From: Mobula hypostoma
Lineage: Eukaryota
NCBI RefSeq assembly: GCF_963921235.1
Contig: NC_086097.1
Location: forward strand, 51,028,001-51,092,000
Direction of reading: 5' to 3'
DNA length: 64,000 bases
The position numbers were made by a program, and so were the translations under genes. The number at the start of each line of letters is the position of its first letter. Within the stretch, counting starts at the first letter, position 1. Positions 62,201 to 64,000 of the stretch are shown here, in pieces. The notes under the pieces were generated by a model. That model was given only the letters and a program-made list of their open reading frames with translations, had not been told where the DNA came from and did not search any database.

Positions 62201-62852
62201 GATGTCTTTCTTTCAACTACTTCTATAGTTTTCTGTACTTTATGGCTACCTGGAGAAGAGAAATCTCAGCATTGTATTGTGCGTACATACTTTAATAAGA
62301 AAATGAACTTTTGAGATGCTCCAGATAAGGTGAGCAGGGCATCTGTGCACCAGGATGAATTAATCATAAAGCATACTCCACCTCCACTGCCTTTAAAAGA
62401 TGGAGCTGCTCTGTTTATGCAGAAATTGATGATGCTGTCGAGGTGCAGCTCTGCGTCTGAAATGGCAGGGGTTAGCCATGTTTCCCTGAAGCAAAGTACA
62501 CAGCAGTCCCTGATGTCCCTCTGGTACTGCAGTCTTGCTCCGAGGGCTTCATTTTTATTTTCTGGAAGTGTATATTCACCAGCAGGATAGTCAGAAGTGG
62601 AAGTATAAAGCCTCTGCATTTCAAATGAATTTGTAGACTGGCTTGGTGTCCATAAGGGAACCAAGTCTGCCGTCTGAGGTTTGTCAATTTTGAGTATCGG
62701 TAGATTTTTTGAACATCTTAAAACAATGTTGATTACTGAAGTACCCATGGCTGTGACAGTGGATTTCATCAGCAGTAGTCCTAAGAAGGAATATTTGATT
62801 ATTCCCATTGGAGCAGCATGCAAACAGGCACCACATAATGGCACCATCTCTG
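59265..62852 (-). mobile_element. Near full-length degenerate Rex1/Babar LINE (EN + RT + C-terminal domain)
   Basis: CCVLCFRETWL, GGGVCFMINSSWC, IIAGDFNQ, LDSLQFAY..NRSTADAISL and YKFGDSTM; 5' end GAGATGG at about 62850. Confidence 0.9.
61543..62313 (+). mobile_element. Non-coding retroposon beginning CAAGATGGC, nested antisense in the Rex LINE
   Basis: Interrupts the Rex EN coding region; starts AAGATGGC at 61551; ends AATAAGAAAATGAACTTTTG; possible TSD AGA. Confidence 0.6.
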
Positions 62853-63644
62853 GACCTGCTTGCAAAAGTGCTCTTTCCACTGGGAATTGATTGCTTTATT
62901 GCCCCAGCTGTCAGTAAGGTTGGTCCAAGAATGGATGAGAGCCATCTATTCTAAAAATTGAATTGGGATTATAAATTACAGGCCTGATCAAAATTTAAAA
63001 ACACTGCCAACATACATTTAAAGGATAATGGTGTAGCCAAATCAGTTGACTTGTTGTCTTTAAAGAGGATGTGAATGGAATGTTACTTTGTTTTCCAGAG
63101 GAATTTCACTCATTTTGTTTATAATACTGTTGAGGGTCCTGCCAGTCATTATTTTCAGTGGAATGATGCAGAGATTATTATTTATAATATTTTTCAATTC
63201 TTCAGTATTTAGTTATTTTTCTCTGTTATGTACTGACCTATCAAATGATGCAGCTAATTCAAATTATGCAAATTTTCAAATGACCAATCTTCATTTCTTT
63301 GTTCAGCAATGGATTACAGTCAGTTTGACATTGTGGTGATTCACAGCCTCACCCGACGATCGTGAGCTCATTCTCCAGGTGAAGTCACTGGTTGGCTCTG
63401 ACTGGTTTTTCCTCATCCTTTGTCTTGATACATGCAAACCAGGCAGACTTGTGTTTTGCACAAAGCTGCACAAGAAGCAACCTTTCTGACACGCCCTCTG
63501 GCATTTTATATGTTATATTCAATGTTTCATATAAAGCTTGTGTTTAAAATTATGTTAGTGATACACCACATTAAAAAAATAATTAATAATAATAGAAGGA
63601 ATTGGAATAACTCATCAATCAGCATTGTATTTATATTCCTTATT

Positions 63645-63770
63645 TGATCCAAAACATCAATGGCCCCTCTCCCCCCCCCGACCCCCACCACCAGATGCTG
63701 CTCAACCTGCTGCGTTCCTCCAGCAGATTGTTTGTTGCCCCAGATTCCAATCTCTGCACTCTCTTGTGAC
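63645..63770 (+). repeat. Degenerate Penelope-type repeat tail
   Basis: AAAACATCAA...CAGATGCTGCTCAACCTGCTGCGTTCCTCCAGCA. Confidence 0.6.
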
Positions 63771-64000
63771 CCACAGACCATTTTGTCCATTCTTTACAAT
63801 GTACAACATTTTCCACAACAGAATGTTTTCCAGAACACACCCTTTCATAAATTGTGAAACACCTGTACTCCCTTCATAGAGTCAGGATTTTGCCTTTGGA
63901 CAAATTTTTAATTCTCTTCCACTGGCCAAGTCAGTATTAGAATCTTCCTGCTTATGATGCATTGACCAAGTTGTTAGTAGTTCAGTAATTCAGCATTCAA

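Overview
Eukaryotic (vertebrate) genomic DNA, most likely a cartilaginous fish (shark/ray), judging from the repeat complement (abundant CR1 and Rex1/Babar LINEs, V-domain SINEs, Penelope-type short repeats); the taxon is inferred. The window holds the 5' ends of two divergently transcribed genes. MAP4K5 is on the minus strand (first two coding exons at 12122-12235 and 932-989) and ATL1/atlastin-1 is on the plus strand (coding exons at 33502-33550 and 53910-54154), each with its own CpG island. Most of the rest is transposon-derived: CR1, Rex1/Babar and RTE LINEs, a roughly full-length BovB-like RTE, a young Tx1-like LINE with a 1001-aa ORF nested in a solo LTR, Tc1 and hAT DNA transposons, SINEs and MITEs. 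The most notable non-coding signal is a dispersed short repeat family whose consensus folds into a minimal type I hammerhead ribozyme (CAGTC-CTGAYGA-A-GGGT-CTCG-GCCC-GAAA-CGTC-GACTG), of the kind described for Penelope-like elements. No single copy here has a fully intact catalytic core. There is no evidence of prokaryotic systems such as CRISPR arrays or operons.
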